A stretch of 64,000 nt of DNA from Burkholderiales bacterium (GTDB taxonomy: Bacteria > Pseudomonadota > Gammaproteobacteria > Burkholderiales > SG8-39), in contig DATEDA010000118.1 of assembly GCA_035286595.1 (NCBI GenBank), positions 1,279-65,278 on the forward strand. Reading direction: 5' to 3'. This document shows positions 9,739 through 19,836 of the stretch, one piece after another (the stretch's first letter is position 1; the number at the start of each line of letters is the position of its first letter). The position numbers and the translations under genes are program-made. Under the pieces are notes generated by a model, which had not been told where the DNA came from, searched no databases, and saw nothing but the letters and a program-made list of their open reading frames with translations.

Positions 9739-10638
9739 ATGGACCCTCGAACGCTCGGTCGATACCAGATCCTCTCCCGGCTCGGGGAGGGCGGCATGGG
9801 CTGCGTCTACAAGGCGCTCGATCCCGTGATCGGGCGGACGGTCGCGATCAAGACCCTGACCGCCGGGCTGGGCGAAGAGGAGCTCGCCGAGTTCAAGCGC
9901 CGCTTCTTCCGGGAGGCGCGCACCGCCGGACGCATCGCGCACCCCAACGTCGTCACGATCTACGACGTCGTCGAGGCCGACGGCACGCCGTTCATCGCGA
10001 TGGAGTACGTCGAGGGCCGTACGTTGCGCTCGATCCTCGACGCCGAGGGGGCGCTCGCTCCCGAACGCGCGTGCCGCATCGCCGCGCAGGTGGCGGCGGG
10101 GCTCGCCGCCGCGCACAAGCTCTTCATCGTTCACCGGGACGTCAAGCCGGCGAACATCATGATCACCGCGGGCGCGCCGGTGAAGCTCATGGACTTCGGC
10201 ATCGCGAAGCTGCCCGACGGCACGAAGACCCAGACCGGCCTGATCCTCGGCTCGCCGATCTACGTCGCGCCGGAGCAGGTGATCGGGCAATCGGTCGACG
10301 GACGGTCCGACGTTTTCTCGCTCGGGGTCGTGCTCTACGAGATGCTCACCGGGACCGTGCCGTTCGGGGGGATGGCGGTGGGCGCGCTCCTCTACAGCGT
10401 GATCAACGAGGCGCACCCGCCCCCGAGCGCCCACAACACCAGCGTCCCCGCGGTCTTCGAGCGGATCCTCGCCCGGGCGCTCGCCAAGCACCCCGACGAC
10501 CGCTATCAGGACGCCGAGGAGTTCGCACGGGACCTGCGCGGCTGGCGCGCGCTGCCCCGGCCGACGCCTGAGGAGCTCGCTAGCTTGCGCGAGCCGCCGC
10601 GGCGCACGCTCGACCGGCGGACCGGGCGGCGCGAGTAG
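9739..10638 (+). CDS. Ser/Thr protein kinase (Hanks type), catalytic domain only
   Basis: G-loop GEGGMGCVYKA, VAIK, HRDVKPANI, DFGIA, SPIYVAPE. 299 aa with no TM segment or sensor domain. Confidence 0.85.
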   Translation: MDPRTLGRYQILSRLGEGGMGCVYKALDPVIGRTVAIKTLTAGLGEEELAEFKRRFFREARTAGRIAHPNVVTIYDVVEADGTPFIAMEYVEGRTLRSILDAEGALAPERACRIAAQVAAGLAAAHKLFIVHRDVKPANIMITAGAPVKLMDFGIAKLPDGTKTQTGLILGSPIYVAPEQVIGQSVDGRSDVFSLGVVLYEMLTGTVPFGGMAVGALLYSVINEAHPPPSAHNTSVPAVFERILARALAKHPDDRYQDAEEFARDLRGWRALPRPTPEELASLREPPRRTLDRRTGRRE

Positions 10639-10646
10639 CCCCTCGC

Positions 10647-11558
10647 CTAACGCCGGTTCCCGAGCGCGAGGCCGGCGAACACGAGCGCCGCCCCGGCGAC
10701 GTGGAACATCGCGATGCGCTCGCCGAGGAACAGCGCGGCGAGGATCGCCCCGAACACCGGCATCAGGTGGATGAACATCCCGGCGCGATTCGGGCCGAGC
10801 CGCCCGACGCCACGGATCCAGAGGAAGAAGGCGATCGCGGACGCGAATACCGCGATGTAGCCGATGCCGAGCGCGCCGGTCCACGTCAGGGCCGTCGTCT
10901 CGCCCACCGCAACCCGGGTTCCGTAGGCAGGGAGCATCCACGCGAGCCCGGCGATCACCGTCGCGGTGTGCAGCGCGAGCGGCGGAACCCCGGGGATGCG
11001 GCGCCTGAGGAGCACCGAGTATGCAGCCCAGATCAGCAGGGCCACGAGCATCCAAAGGGCTCCGGTGTCGAGACGCAGCGCGAGCAGCGCGTCCAGGCTG
11101 CCCTTCGTGACCAGGACGCCCGCGCCGGCGAGCGACACGACGATCCCGGCGAGCTCGCCGGCGCTGGGCGCCTCGCCGTGCGCGAGCCAGGTTGCGAGCA
11201 CGATGAAGACCGGCGCGAGCGAGAGCAGCAGGAGGGCGCTGGTCGCAGTCGTTGCGGCGAGCGCGAAGTAGACGCAGGTGTGAAAGGCCGCGACTCCGGT
11301 CAGCCCGAGCAGCGCGATCCGACTCCAGCTCGTCCGGAGCGCGGCGCGGGACGCAGCAAGCGCGCGCCAGCTGACGGGAAGCAGCACCGCGAGCGCGAGT
11401 GCCCAGCGCCAGAAGTTGAGGCTCACGGGATCGATCTGGTCGGCGAGCGCGCGTCCGGCCACGAAGTTGCCCGACCAGAACAGCGCGGCGAACGCCAGCC
11501 CGGCGTCAGGGCGGGACAGCGCATCGGCGAGGACGTTCGCGGTGGACCGGCTGTTCAT
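10647..11558 (-). CDS. DMT-superfamily (EamA-like) transporter
   Basis: 303 aa with roughly 10 hydrophobic helices in two repeats. The ATG at 11558 is preceded by AGGAGG. The rest of the 668-aa track ORF is an Arg/Gly/Pro-rich artefact. Confidence 0.85.
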   Translation of the reverse strand: MNSRSTANVLADALSRPDAGLAFAALFWSGNFVAGRALADQIDPVSLNFWRWALALAVLLPVSWRALAASRAALRTSWSRIALLGLTGVAAFHTCVYFALAATTATSALLLLSLAPVFIVLATWLAHGEAPSAGELAGIVVSLAGAGVLVTKGSLDALLALRLDTGALWMLVALLIWAAYSVLLRRRIPGVPPLALHTATVIAGLAWMLPAYGTRVAVGETTALTWTGALGIGYIAVFASAIAFFLWIRGVGRLGPNRAGMFIHLMPVFGAILAALFLGERIAMFHVAGAALVFAGLALGNRR

Positions 11559-11713
11559 CTTCGCCTCCTGGTTGCTTCCGAGGCGAATTCCACCGGGAGG
11601 GCGTCCCGGGCCGCATGAGGCGGATGTCCCGGTCCCGTGGCCGCCGGCGAGGCGCGACGGGAGCATTGGCGGGACGCGAGTCCCGGGGCGGGCGAGAGGC
11701 TGCGCGTGCTCGG

Positions 11714-12796
11714 TCAGGCTTCCGGCGTGTTGCCGGTTCCGAGCCCGGCTTCGCGGGCCCTGACGATCGCCTGCGCACGGCTCGACACGCCCAGCTTGTC
11801 GAAGAGCGCGCTCACCTGGTTGCGGACCGTCTTCGGCCTGATGCCGAGGCGCGCTGCGATCTCGTCGTTCGCTAGCCCGCGCGCCACCAGCTCGAGGACT
11901 TCCTTCTCGCGGGCGGTCAACTCGGGGAAGGCGGCGGCGGCCGTCCCCGGCTCCGCGCCGAGGAAGGCGCGGGTCTCCGCGAGAAAACGCGGCCAGGCGG
12001 AGTCGCTCTCGAGGAGGACGTGGTTGCGGCTCTCGAGCGGCACGAAGCGCGCGCCGGGGATCAGCGACGCGATCAGCCGCCCCTCGTCGAACGGCGCGCG
12101 CTTGTCCTCGCGCGCGTGCAGCACGAGGGTCGGCGCGCTCACCTTCGGCGCGAGGTCGGCCACGTCGATCCCGCTCGACACCTGCAGGATCCGCGCGGCG
12201 TTCTCCGCGGACGTCGACAGGCGCTGGATCTCGTTGAACGAGGCGAGCTGCTCGGGCGTGCCATCGGGGAGGAACTGGGTGGTGAAGAACTGCCGGAAGG
12301 CCGGGTCGTCGCGGCCCCAGCCGAGTTGGATGAGCTTGAGCTGGACCTCCGCCTCCTCCGCCTGCACCGGCGAGCCGCGCCGCAGGCGCCCGCGGGCGAA
12401 GCCCCCATAGAGGATCAGGCGGCTCACCCGCTGCGGATGCTTCGCCGCGTAGGCGATCGCGACCGACACGCTCTGCGAAGCGCCGAGCAGCGCGAAGCGC
12501 GCCAGCCCGGCGGCGGCGACCACCGTCTCGAGATCGGCGACCCAGGCGTCGAACGCCATGTCGCCGACGTCCCGATCCGACAACCCGCAGCCGCGCGGGT
12601 CGTAGCGCACGAGCGTATTGTGTCGCGACAGCTCGGTGAGCCACGGCCGCCAAACCGGGCTCTCCCAGTCGAACTCGAGGTGCGTCATCCAGTGGGCGGC
12701 GCGCACCAGCGGTGGTCCTTTGCCGACCGTCGCGTACGCGAGTCGCACGCCGTCGGGCGCAGTGCAGAAGCGGATCTGCTGGCTACCCGGGGTCAA
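11714..12796 (-). CDS. alpha/beta-hydrolase domain fused to a LuxR-type HTH
   Basis: Hydrolase fold with nucleophile elbow GASQS, ...HAREDKRAP... and ...SRNHVLLES. The C-terminus LTAREKEVLELVARGLANDEIAARLGIRPKTVRNQVSALFDKLGV is LuxR/GerE-like. The start is uncertain: TTG at 12796 overlaps the upstream stop. Confidence 0.7.
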   Translation of the reverse strand: MTPGSQQIRFCTAPDGVRLAYATVGKGPPLVRAAHWMTHLEFDWESPVWRPWLTELSRHNTLVRYDPRGCGLSDRDVGDMAFDAWVADLETVVAAAGLARFALLGASQSVSVAIAYAAKHPQRVSRLILYGGFARGRLRRGSPVQAEEAEVQLKLIQLGWGRDDPAFRQFFTTQFLPDGTPEQLASFNEIQRLSTSAENAARILQVSSGIDVADLAPKVSAPTLVLHAREDKRAPFDEGRLIASLIPGARFVPLESRNHVLLESDSAWPRFLAETRAFLGAEPGTAAAAFPELTAREKEVLELVARGLANDEIAARLGIRPKTVRNQVSALFDKLGVSSRAQAIVRAREAGLGTGNTPEA

Positions 12797-14378
12797 GCGG
12801 GGTCTCCCGCAACGCGCGCTTGAGGAGCTTGCCGTTGGCGTTCCGGGGCAGGGGTTCGGAGCGCAGGGTGAAGAAATCCGGCACCTTGTAGTCGGCCAGG
12901 TGTTGCGCGCAATGCGTGCGCAGCAGCTCGGCAGCGGCACCGTCGCGTGTCACGACGAACGCGTGCGTCTTCTCGCCGAGCACCGGGTCGGGGACAGCGA
13001 CGAGCGCCGACTCGACGACCAGCGGATGCAGGCTCAGCACGCTCTCGACCTCCGCGCTGTAGACCTTGTAGCCGCCGCGGTTGATCATGTCCTTCTTGCG
13101 GTCGAAAACCCGCACGAAGCCGGCCGCGTCGATCGAGCCCAGATCACCCGACTTCCAGTAGCCGCCCTCGAACTCGCGTGCGGTGGCCTCGGGGTTGTCC
13201 CAGTAGCCGGGCACGACCATCGGCCCGGCGATCCAGAGCTCGCCCGGCTCGCCGGGCGCAACCTCGCGCCCCGCGTCGTCCATCACCTTCACGTCGCCGC
13301 ACGGCACGACCGCTCCGACGCTGTCGGGATTCGCCGCCTGCCGCCCCATCGGCATGATCGTGGTCGGGGAGGTCGTCTCGGTTGCCCCGTATGCATTCAT
13401 CAGCGTCAACCCGGGCAGGCGCTCCGCGAGGGCCCGGATCGTCCCCTCGGGCATCGGCGCGCCGCCGAAGCCGCCGACGCGCCAGGCGGACAGATCGAAG
13501 CGGCCGAAGTCCGGGTCGCGCAGGCACAGGTTGTAGATCGCCGGCACGACCAGCGTGTGCGTCATCCGCTCGCGCGCGGCGAGCTCGAGGAAGGCCCGCG
13601 CCTTGAACTCGCGCAGCGTGACTAGGCAGCCGCCGACCGCGAACATGGCGAGGGTGATGGCCACGAGCCCGGTAACGTGGCTCGCCGGCACCGCGAGCAA
13701 CGAGCGATCGGCCGACGTGAGCCGCATGCAAAACCCATAGTGAAGCACCGAGTGGATCACGTTGAGGTGCGTGAGCACCGCGCCCTTCGGGCGGCCGGTG
13801 GTCCCCGAGGTGTACAGGATCACCGCGGGCTCCTCTTCGGCCGGATCCGCGCGCGGAGCCTCCGGCGAGCGCGCCTCGAGCAACTCGTCGAACGCAATCG
13901 CGCCGGGCGCCGCGCCGCCGACGCTCAGGCGAACGGAGAGCGCAGGCGCATCCGCGGGCGCCGGGAGGCGATCGGCGAGGGCGGCGTCGAAAGCGATCGC
14001 TTTGGCACCGCACTGATCGAGGATGAAAGCGAGTTCCGGCCGCTGCTCGCGGACGTTGATCGGGACCGCGATCGCGCCGAGCCGCAAGGTGGCGAGCAGG
14101 GCGTGCACGAACTCGCGCTCGTTCCCGAGGTACAGCGCGATCCGGTCCCCGCGCGCGAGGCCGAGACGGTGGAAGTGGCCGGCGACGCGCTCCGTGACGC
14201 GGTCGAGCTTCGCGTAGTCGAGTCGTTGCGCGCCGTCCACCAGGGCCTCGCGGTCACGGTGGCGGGCGACCGTGTCGGCGAACATCGCGTTGAGGTTCGG
14301 CGCCCGGTCCGCGAAGCAGCGCATCGCACGCCCGAAGTGGGTCTCGTCGCGGAGCGGCGGAACGGCGGTCCAATACAT
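12783..14378 (-). CDS. AMP-dependent acyl-CoA synthetase/ligase
   Basis: YTSGTTGRPKG, GYWDNPEAT, GDLG...DRKKDMINRGGYKV. ATG at 14378 (MYWTAVPP...). 531 aa. Confidence 0.85.
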   Translation of the reverse strand: MYWTAVPPLRDETHFGRAMRCFADRAPNLNAMFADTVARHRDREALVDGAQRLDYAKLDRVTERVAGHFHRLGLARGDRIALYLGNEREFVHALLATLRLGAIAVPINVREQRPELAFILDQCGAKAIAFDAALADRLPAPADAPALSVRLSVGGAAPGAIAFDELLEARSPEAPRADPAEEEPAVILYTSGTTGRPKGAVLTHLNVIHSVLHYGFCMRLTSADRSLLAVPASHVTGLVAITLAMFAVGGCLVTLREFKARAFLELAARERMTHTLVVPAIYNLCLRDPDFGRFDLSAWRVGGFGGAPMPEGTIRALAERLPGLTLMNAYGATETTSPTTIMPMGRQAANPDSVGAVVPCGDVKVMDDAGREVAPGEPGELWIAGPMVVPGYWDNPEATAREFEGGYWKSGDLGSIDAAGFVRVFDRKKDMINRGGYKVYSAEVESVLSLHPLVVESALVAVPDPVLGEKTHAFVVTRDGAAAELLRTHCAQHLADYKVPDFFTLRSEPLPRNANGKLLKRALRETPLDPG

Positions 14379-14441
14379 GGCGCCGGGATTGTACTCAGGC
14401 TCGGCGCATGAGCCACTCGCTTCGCTATACTCGCCGCACGC

Positions 14442-15911
14442 ATGCCCACGACGCTCTCGTCCCTGCCGGTCGACCAGCTCCTCATCGTCATCGCGGTCCT
14501 CGTGGCCGGCCTGCTCGTCGGCGTCGTCGTGGCCTGGCTCGTCGCGAGCCGGTCGAGGACGGAAGCGCTGGAGCAGGCGGCGCTCCGCTTCGAGGTCACG
14601 CGCGCCCAGCTCACCGAGCGCGCGGGAGCGGCCGACCGCGAGCTCGCGGACGCGCGGGCGCAGCTCGTGGCCGAGAACGCCAGGCTCGAAGAGAAGCGCG
14701 CCTCGGTCACCGAGTTGCACGCGCGCGCCGAGAGCCTCGCGACCGAGCTGCGCCTCGAGCGCGAGGCGACGACCGGGAAGCTCGCCGAGGTCGAGCGCGC
14801 GCGCGAGCACCTCTCGCAGGCGTTCAGCGCGCTGTCGGCGGACGCGCTCAAGAGCAACAACCAGGCGTTCATCGACCTCGCGCAGGCGACGTTCGGCAAG
14901 CTCCAGGAAGCGGCGAAGGGCGAGCTCGAGAAGCGACAGGAGGCGATCGCCGAGCTCGTCAAGCCGGTGCGCGAGTCGCTCGACAAGTTCGACGTGAAGG
15001 TGCAGGAGATCGAGAAATCGCGCGTCGGCGCGTACGCCGAGCTCAGCCAGCAGGTGCGCTCGCTGGTCGAGACCCAGACCCAGCTGCGCAGCGAGACGTC
15101 GAACCTGGTCAAGGCCTTGCGCCAGCCGCACATCCGCGGGCGCTGGGGCGAGATGCAGCTCCGCCGCGTGGTCGAGATGGCGGGGATGCTCGCGTACTGC
15201 GACTTCGTCGAGCAGGAAAGCGCGGACACGGACGACGGCCGGCTGCGTCCGGACCTGATCGTGAAGCTGCCGGGCGGCAAGAACATCGTCGTCGACGCGA
15301 AGGCGCCGCTCAGCGCCTACCTCGACGCGGTCGAAGCCCCCGACGAGGAAACGCGCCGGGCGCGGCTCGCCGATCACGTGCGGCAGGTCCGCGACCACGT
15401 CCGGGCGCTCGGGCGCAAGTCCTACTGGGAGCAGTTCCAGCCGACGCCCGAGTTCGTCGTGCTCTTCGTGCCGGGCGAGGCGTTCTACCACGCCGCGCTC
15501 GAGCAGGACCCGTCGCTCATCGAGTTCAGCGTGGAGCAGGGCGTTACGCTCGCGGCGCCGACGACGCTGATCACGCTGCTGAAGGCGGTGGCGTACGGCT
15601 GGCGGCAGGAGGCGCTCGCCGAGAACGCGCGTCGGGTGAGCGAGCTGGGTGCCGAGCTCTACGCGCGGCTCGCGACGATGGGGGAACACTTCGCTGCAGT
15701 CGGCAGCAGGCTCGAGGCCGCGGTGAAGTCGTACAACCTCGCCGTCGGCTCGCTCGAGTCGCGCGTCCTGGTCAGCGCGCGGAAGTTTCGCGACTTGCAG
15801 GCCGTGCCGGGAGACGCGCTCCTCGAGCCGCCCTCGCCGATCGAGGTATTGCCACGCGAGGTCCGCGCCGAGGGTCTGCTCCCGGCCCCCGACGTCGCGG
15901 CGTCCGACTGA
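14442..15911 (+). CDS. rmuC: DNA recombination protein RmuC
   Basis: N-terminal TM, a long coiled coil, then an RmuC core (RGRWGEMQLRRVVE, PDLIVKLPGGKNIVVDAKAPL, VLFVPGEAF). Confidence 0.9.
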   Translation: MPTTLSSLPVDQLLIVIAVLVAGLLVGVVVAWLVASRSRTEALEQAALRFEVTRAQLTERAGAADRELADARAQLVAENARLEEKRASVTELHARAESLATELRLEREATTGKLAEVERAREHLSQAFSALSADALKSNNQAFIDLAQATFGKLQEAAKGELEKRQEAIAELVKPVRESLDKFDVKVQEIEKSRVGAYAELSQQVRSLVETQTQLRSETSNLVKALRQPHIRGRWGEMQLRRVVEMAGMLAYCDFVEQESADTDDGRLRPDLIVKLPGGKNIVVDAKAPLSAYLDAVEAPDEETRRARLADHVRQVRDHVRALGRKSYWEQFQPTPEFVVLFVPGEAFYHAALEQDPSLIEFSVEQGVTLAAPTTLITLLKAVAYGWRQEALAENARRVSELGAELYARLATMGEHFAAVGSRLEAAVKSYNLAVGSLESRVLVSARKFRDLQAVPGDALLEPPSPIEVLPREVRAEGLLPAPDVAASD

Positions 15912-17177
15912 CTACGCGAGGCCGTCCATCAGCTGGACGCTGACCAGGTCGCCGGCCTTCACGTCGCCGCGCTCGTGCTCGAGCACGATGAAGCAGTTGG
16001 CCTCGGACATCGAGCGGAGCACGCCGGAACCCTGGGTGCCGGTGATGCCCACCTGCCAGTGTCCGTCGGCGGCGCGCGAGAGAATGCCCCGCTGGTACTC
16101 GGTGCGGCCGGGCTTCTTGCGCAGCGCTGCCGTGCACGGGACGCGCACCATGGGCAAGACGAAATCGTCGGTCCGGCCGGCGAGCGTGAGCAGCGCGTCG
16201 CGCACGAACTCGTAGAACGTCACCATCACCGCGACCGGGTTGCCAGGCAGCCCGAAGAAGTACGCGTCGCCGATCCGGCCGAACGCCATCGGCCGTCCCG
16301 GGCGCATCGCGATCTTCCAGAACAGCACCTCCCCGAGCCGCGCGAGGAGGCTCCGCGTGAAGTCGGCTTCGCCGACCGACACGCCGCCCGAGCTGACGAT
16401 GGCGTCAGCCGTGGCGGCGGCCTGCTTGAACGCCCGCTCGAGCGCCGCCGGGTCGTCGCGCACGACGCCCATGTCGATCACGTCGACGCCCAGGCGCGCG
16501 AGCATCCCGTAGATCGTGTAGCGGTTGGAGTCGTAGACCTCGCCCTCCTTGAGCGCCGCGCCGATCGAGGCCAGCTCGTCGCCGGTCGAGAAGAAGGCGA
16601 CGCGGAGCTTCCGCCGCACTGCGACCTCGGCGAGGCCGAGGGAGGCGAGGAGTCCGAGCTCCGCGGGCCGCACCGGGTAGCCCGCCCGCAGCACGATGCG
16701 GCCCAGCGCGAGGTCCTCGCCGGCGAGCCGGCGGTTCTGGCCGGTCTTCTGCCCCGGGGGCACCACGATGCGGTCGCCTTCGGCGCGGACGACCTCCTGG
16801 ATCACGACGGTATCGGTTCCCGGAGGCATCACCGCGCCGGTCATCACGCGCACGCATTCGCCCGCGCCGACCCGGCCCTCGAAGACGCGACCGGCGAACG
16901 CCGTGCCCAGCTCACGCAGGACCGTCTCGCGGCCCGGATCGAGGTCGGCGCCGCGCACCGCCCAGCCGTCCATGGCCGAGTTGTCGTGCGCCGGGACGTT
17001 CACCGTCGACACCACGTCCTCGCCGAGCACGCGACCGAGGCTCGCGCGCACCGCGACCCGCTCGTTCGCGGCGATCGGCGCGAGCAACTGACGGATGACC
17101 TCGCGCGCCTTGTCGACCGGGAGCGCATCGGGGTCGTAGCCGTCCAGGCAGCTCACGATGTGCTTGAGCGAGCTCAT
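15912..17177 (-). CDS. moeA: Molybdopterin molybdenumtransferase MoeA (copy 1)
   Basis: NSAMDGWAV, SSGGVSVGEADF, GLPGNPVAV. 421 aa. The ATG overlaps the mobA stop (ATGA). Confidence 0.9.
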   Translation of the reverse strand: MSSLKHIVSCLDGYDPDALPVDKAREVIRQLLAPIAANERVAVRASLGRVLGEDVVSTVNVPAHDNSAMDGWAVRGADLDPGRETVLRELGTAFAGRVFEGRVGAGECVRVMTGAVMPPGTDTVVIQEVVRAEGDRIVVPPGQKTGQNRRLAGEDLALGRIVLRAGYPVRPAELGLLASLGLAEVAVRRKLRVAFFSTGDELASIGAALKEGEVYDSNRYTIYGMLARLGVDVIDMGVVRDDPAALERAFKQAAATADAIVSSGGVSVGEADFTRSLLARLGEVLFWKIAMRPGRPMAFGRIGDAYFFGLPGNPVAVMVTFYEFVRDALLTLAGRTDDFVLPMVRVPCTAALRKKPGRTEYQRGILSRAADGHWQVGITGTQGSGVLRSMSEANCFIVLEHERGDVKAGDLVSVQLMDGLA

Positions 17178-17770
17178 CCCCGCTTCTCGAACTCCGTCAG
17201 CTCGTCCCGGGTGTTGATGTTGGAGAAGGCCTCCGCCTCGTCGTCGAACGGCACCTCGATGACCTTCAGGGCGGCGTACCACGCGTCGATCTTGCGCCCA
17301 CCCCCCTCGAGGAACCCGGCCAGATGCGTCGACAGCGACTCGCGCACCAGCGCGAACACCGGGTGCGGCTGGTCGCCGGTCTTCGCCACCGCGAGGTCGG
17401 CATGGTTCGCCACGAGCGCCGCGTGCAGGCGTGAAACGAGGTCGTGCGGCAGGAAGGGCGAGTCGCAGGGCACGGTCACCAGGAACGGGTGAACATTGAC
17501 CTTCAGGCCCGCGTGCAATCCGGCGAGCGGGCCGGCGAAGCCGCCGATCTGGTCGCTCACGACGCGGCAGCCGTAGCGCGCGTACTCGACCTGGTGCTGG
17601 TTGGCGTTGATGACGACCTCGGTGACCTGCGGCTTCAGCCGCTCGAGCACCCACTCGACCATCGGCCGGCCGCGCAGCAGTTGCAGGCCCTTGTCGACGC
17701 CGCCCATCCGACGGCCCTGGCCGCCGGCGAGGATGAGCCCGGTGACCCGGACGGGGTCGCGGAGGTCCAC
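17174..17770 (-). CDS. mobA: Molybdenum cofactor guanylyltransferase MobA
   Basis: LILAGGQGRRMGGVDKGL motif. The GTG start abuts the fdhD stop; alternative in-frame GTG starts are possible. Confidence 0.8.
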   Translation of the reverse strand: MDLRDPVRVTGLILAGGQGRRMGGVDKGLQLLRGRPMVEWVLERLKPQVTEVVINANQHQVEYARYGCRVVSDQIGGFAGPLAGLHAGLKVNVHPFLVTVPCDSPFLPHDLVSRLHAALVANHADLAVAKTGDQPHPVFALVRESLSTHLAGFLEGGGRKIDAWYAALKVIEVPFDDEAEAFSNINTRDELTEFEKRG

Positions 17771-18618
17771 TACGCCAGCATCGTCGGCATCGCGGTCTTC
17801 ACGAACCGATGCTTGCCGGTGAAGAGCAGGTAGTGCCGGTTCACCGCCCGTCCAAGCATCGTGAGGCCGACCTTGTCGGCGATCCGCCAGCCCATCTGCG
17901 TGAGCCCGGAGCGCGAGACCAGGAACGGGATGCGCATCTGCGCGCACTTGATCACCATCTCGGAGGTGAGCCGCCCGGTGGTGTAGAAGATCTTGTCGGA
18001 GCCGTCGACGCCGTCGAGCCACATCTGGCCGGCGATCGCGTCGACCGCGTTGTGGCGGCCGACGTCCTCGACGAAGGTGATGATCCGGCTCGCGCCGTCG
18101 TCGTTCGTCGCGAGCGCGCAGCCGTGCACCGCGCCGGCGGTCTTGTAGATCGTCTCGTGCCGGCGAACGAGGTCGAGCAGCGCGTACAGCGTCTCCTCGG
18201 TGAGCCGGACATCCTCGCGCAGCTTGATCGACTCGACCTCCTCCATGAGATCGCCGAACACCGTCCCCTGGCCGCAACCGGTGGTCACCGTGCGCTTCTT
18301 CATCTTGTCGGCGAGTCCCTTGATCCCCTTGCGCGTGGTGACGACGACCGAATCGGTCTCCCAGTCGACCTGGACCGCGGCGATCTCCTGGAGCGAGCGC
18401 GCGAGCCGCTGGTTGCGGAGGTAGCCGATCGCGAGTGCCTCGGGCGCCTGGCCGAGCGTCATCAGCGTGACGATCTCGCGCTTGTCGACGTAGAGCGTGA
18501 GCGGGTGCTCGCCGGCGATCGGCGTCGGCAGCGCCTCGCCGCGCTCGTTCAGCGCCTCGACGTCGAAGGTCGCCGGGCGCGCGGCGTTGGTCAGTTGCGG
18601 CCTGGAGGGGGTCTTCAT
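17770..18618 (-). CDS. fdhD: Formate dehydrogenase accessory sulfurtransferase FdhD
   Basis: 282 aa. [15 protein letters not shown] and [13 protein letters not shown] are typical FdhD blocks. The ATG overlaps the moaA stop (ATGA). Confidence 0.88.
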   Translation of the reverse strand: MKTPSRPQLTNAARPATFDVEALNERGEALPTPIAGEHPLTLYVDKREIVTLMTLGQAPEALAIGYLRNQRLARSLQEIAAVQVDWETDSVVVTTRKGIKGLADKMKKRTVTTGCGQGTVFGDLMEEVESIKLREDVRLTEETLYALLDLVRRHETIYKTAGAVHGCALATNDDGASRIITFVEDVGRHNAVDAIAGQMWLDGVDGSDKIFYTTGRLTSEMVIKCAQMRIPFLVSRSGLTQMGWRIADKVGLTMLGRAVNRHYLLFTGKHRFVKTAMPTMLA

Positions 18619-19703
18619 CCGCCGATGTACGACATCTCGATCTTGCGGCTCTTCGCGGTCTCCGCGGTACGGATCTCCGAGTAGCGGTCGGACCGCGCGC
18701 GCCAGATTCCGGCGATCGCGCCCTCGATGTCGCGATCGGACGCGGCACCGCGCAGCAGCGCGCGCAGATCGTAGCCGGAGGCGGCGAAGAGACAGGTGTA
18801 GAGCATGCCGTCGGTCGAGAGCCGGGCGCGGGTGCAGGTCCGGCAGAACGCCTGCGTGACCGATGAGATCACGCCGATCTCGCCGCTGCCGTCGCGGTAG
18901 CGCCAGCGCTCGGCGACCTCGCCGAAGTAGTTCGCGTCCACCGGCTCGACGGCGAGCTCGGCGGCGATGCGCCGAACGACCTCCGCGGAGGGCACGACGT
19001 CGTCCATGCGCCAGCCGTTCGAGCTGCCCACGTCCATGAACTCGATGAAGCGCACGATGTGGCCGGTGCCCTTGAACCGCCGCGCCATCGCGACGATGGT
19101 GTGGTCGTTCACGCCGCGCTTGACGACCATGTTGATCTTGACCGGGGCGAGCCCGGCCGCGGTCGCCGCGTCGATCCCCTCGAGCACCCGGGCGACCGGG
19201 AAGTCGACGTCGTTCATCGTCCGGAACACCTCGTCGTCGAGCGAGTCGAGGCTGACGGTCACGCGCTGCAGCCCCGCGTCCTTGAGCGAGCGCGCCTTGT
19301 GCGCGAGCACCGAGCCGTTGGTCGTGAGCGTGAGGTCGAGGCCGCCGAGCGCGGCGAGCATCTCGATCAGCCGCTCGAGGCCCTTCCGCAGGAGCGGCTC
19401 GCCGCCCGTGAGCCGGATCTTCTCGGTGCCGTGCGCCTTGAAGATGCGGGCGAGGCGGGTGATCTCCTCGAACGACAGCACCTCGCTCCGCGGCAGGAAC
19501 TCGTAGCCGGGACCGAAGATGTCCTTCGGCATGCAATAGGTGCAGCGGAAGTTGCAGCGGTCGGTCACCGAGATCCTCAGGTCGCGCAGCGGCCGCGCGA
19601 GCGTGTCCGCGGACGGCGCGGAGCGCTCGGCATCGCTTGTCCCCACGCGAGGCAGGGGCATTGCGCGCCGCGTGTCGACGAGGGGGATCACTCGGTCGGT
19701 CAT
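18615..19703 (-). CDS. moaA: GTP 3',8-cyclase MoaA (radical SAM)
   Basis: CNFRCTYC radical-SAM cluster motif, a C-terminal [13 protein letters not shown]...C cluster and a terminal GG. Start taken at MTDRVIPL (19703); the ORF is open to 19838. Confidence 0.88.
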   Translation of the reverse strand: MTDRVIPLVDTRRAMPLPRVGTSDAERSAPSADTLARPLRDLRISVTDRCNFRCTYCMPKDIFGPGYEFLPRSEVLSFEEITRLARIFKAHGTEKIRLTGGEPLLRKGLERLIEMLAALGGLDLTLTTNGSVLAHKARSLKDAGLQRVTVSLDSLDDEVFRTMNDVDFPVARVLEGIDAATAAGLAPVKINMVVKRGVNDHTIVAMARRFKGTGHIVRFIEFMDVGSSNGWRMDDVVPSAEVVRRIAAELAVEPVDANYFGEVAERWRYRDGSGEIGVISSVTQAFCRTCTRARLSTDGMLYTCLFAASGYDLRALLRGAASDRDIEGAIAGIWRARSDRYSEIRTAETAKSRKIEMSYIGG

Positions 19704-19836
19704 GTCAAAGCTTGCCTCGGTCCACCGGAACCACGCATCATAGGTGCCGGGATCGCACCGGTCTCCATATTGCTCGCAACCCGTGAATTCTAGTGAGAAA
19801 GGGACGTCTGCTCCAGGTGTGCCGATCGCCGTGGTC

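Noticed and set aside
11559-11713. Three CCGGGAC repeats and small hairpins upstream of the DMT transporter, considered as a guanidine-II (mini-ykkC)-like element
   Set aside because: The loops read ACGC or TCGC rather than the conserved ACGR tetraloop with proper closing pairs. The gene is EamA-type, not SMR-type. This is probably incidental GC-rich structure.
19704-19836. Possible Moco riboswitch in the moaA leader / DUF3305 divergent region
   Set aside because: E. coli moaA has a Moco RNA motif, so I looked for its conserved CUCCGAGCC...AAAGGAG-type blocks on both strands. I found only loose resemblances (CCTCGGTCC, AAAGGGAC) and a short GGTGC/GCACC stem. An Infernal scan with the Rfam Moco model would settle it.
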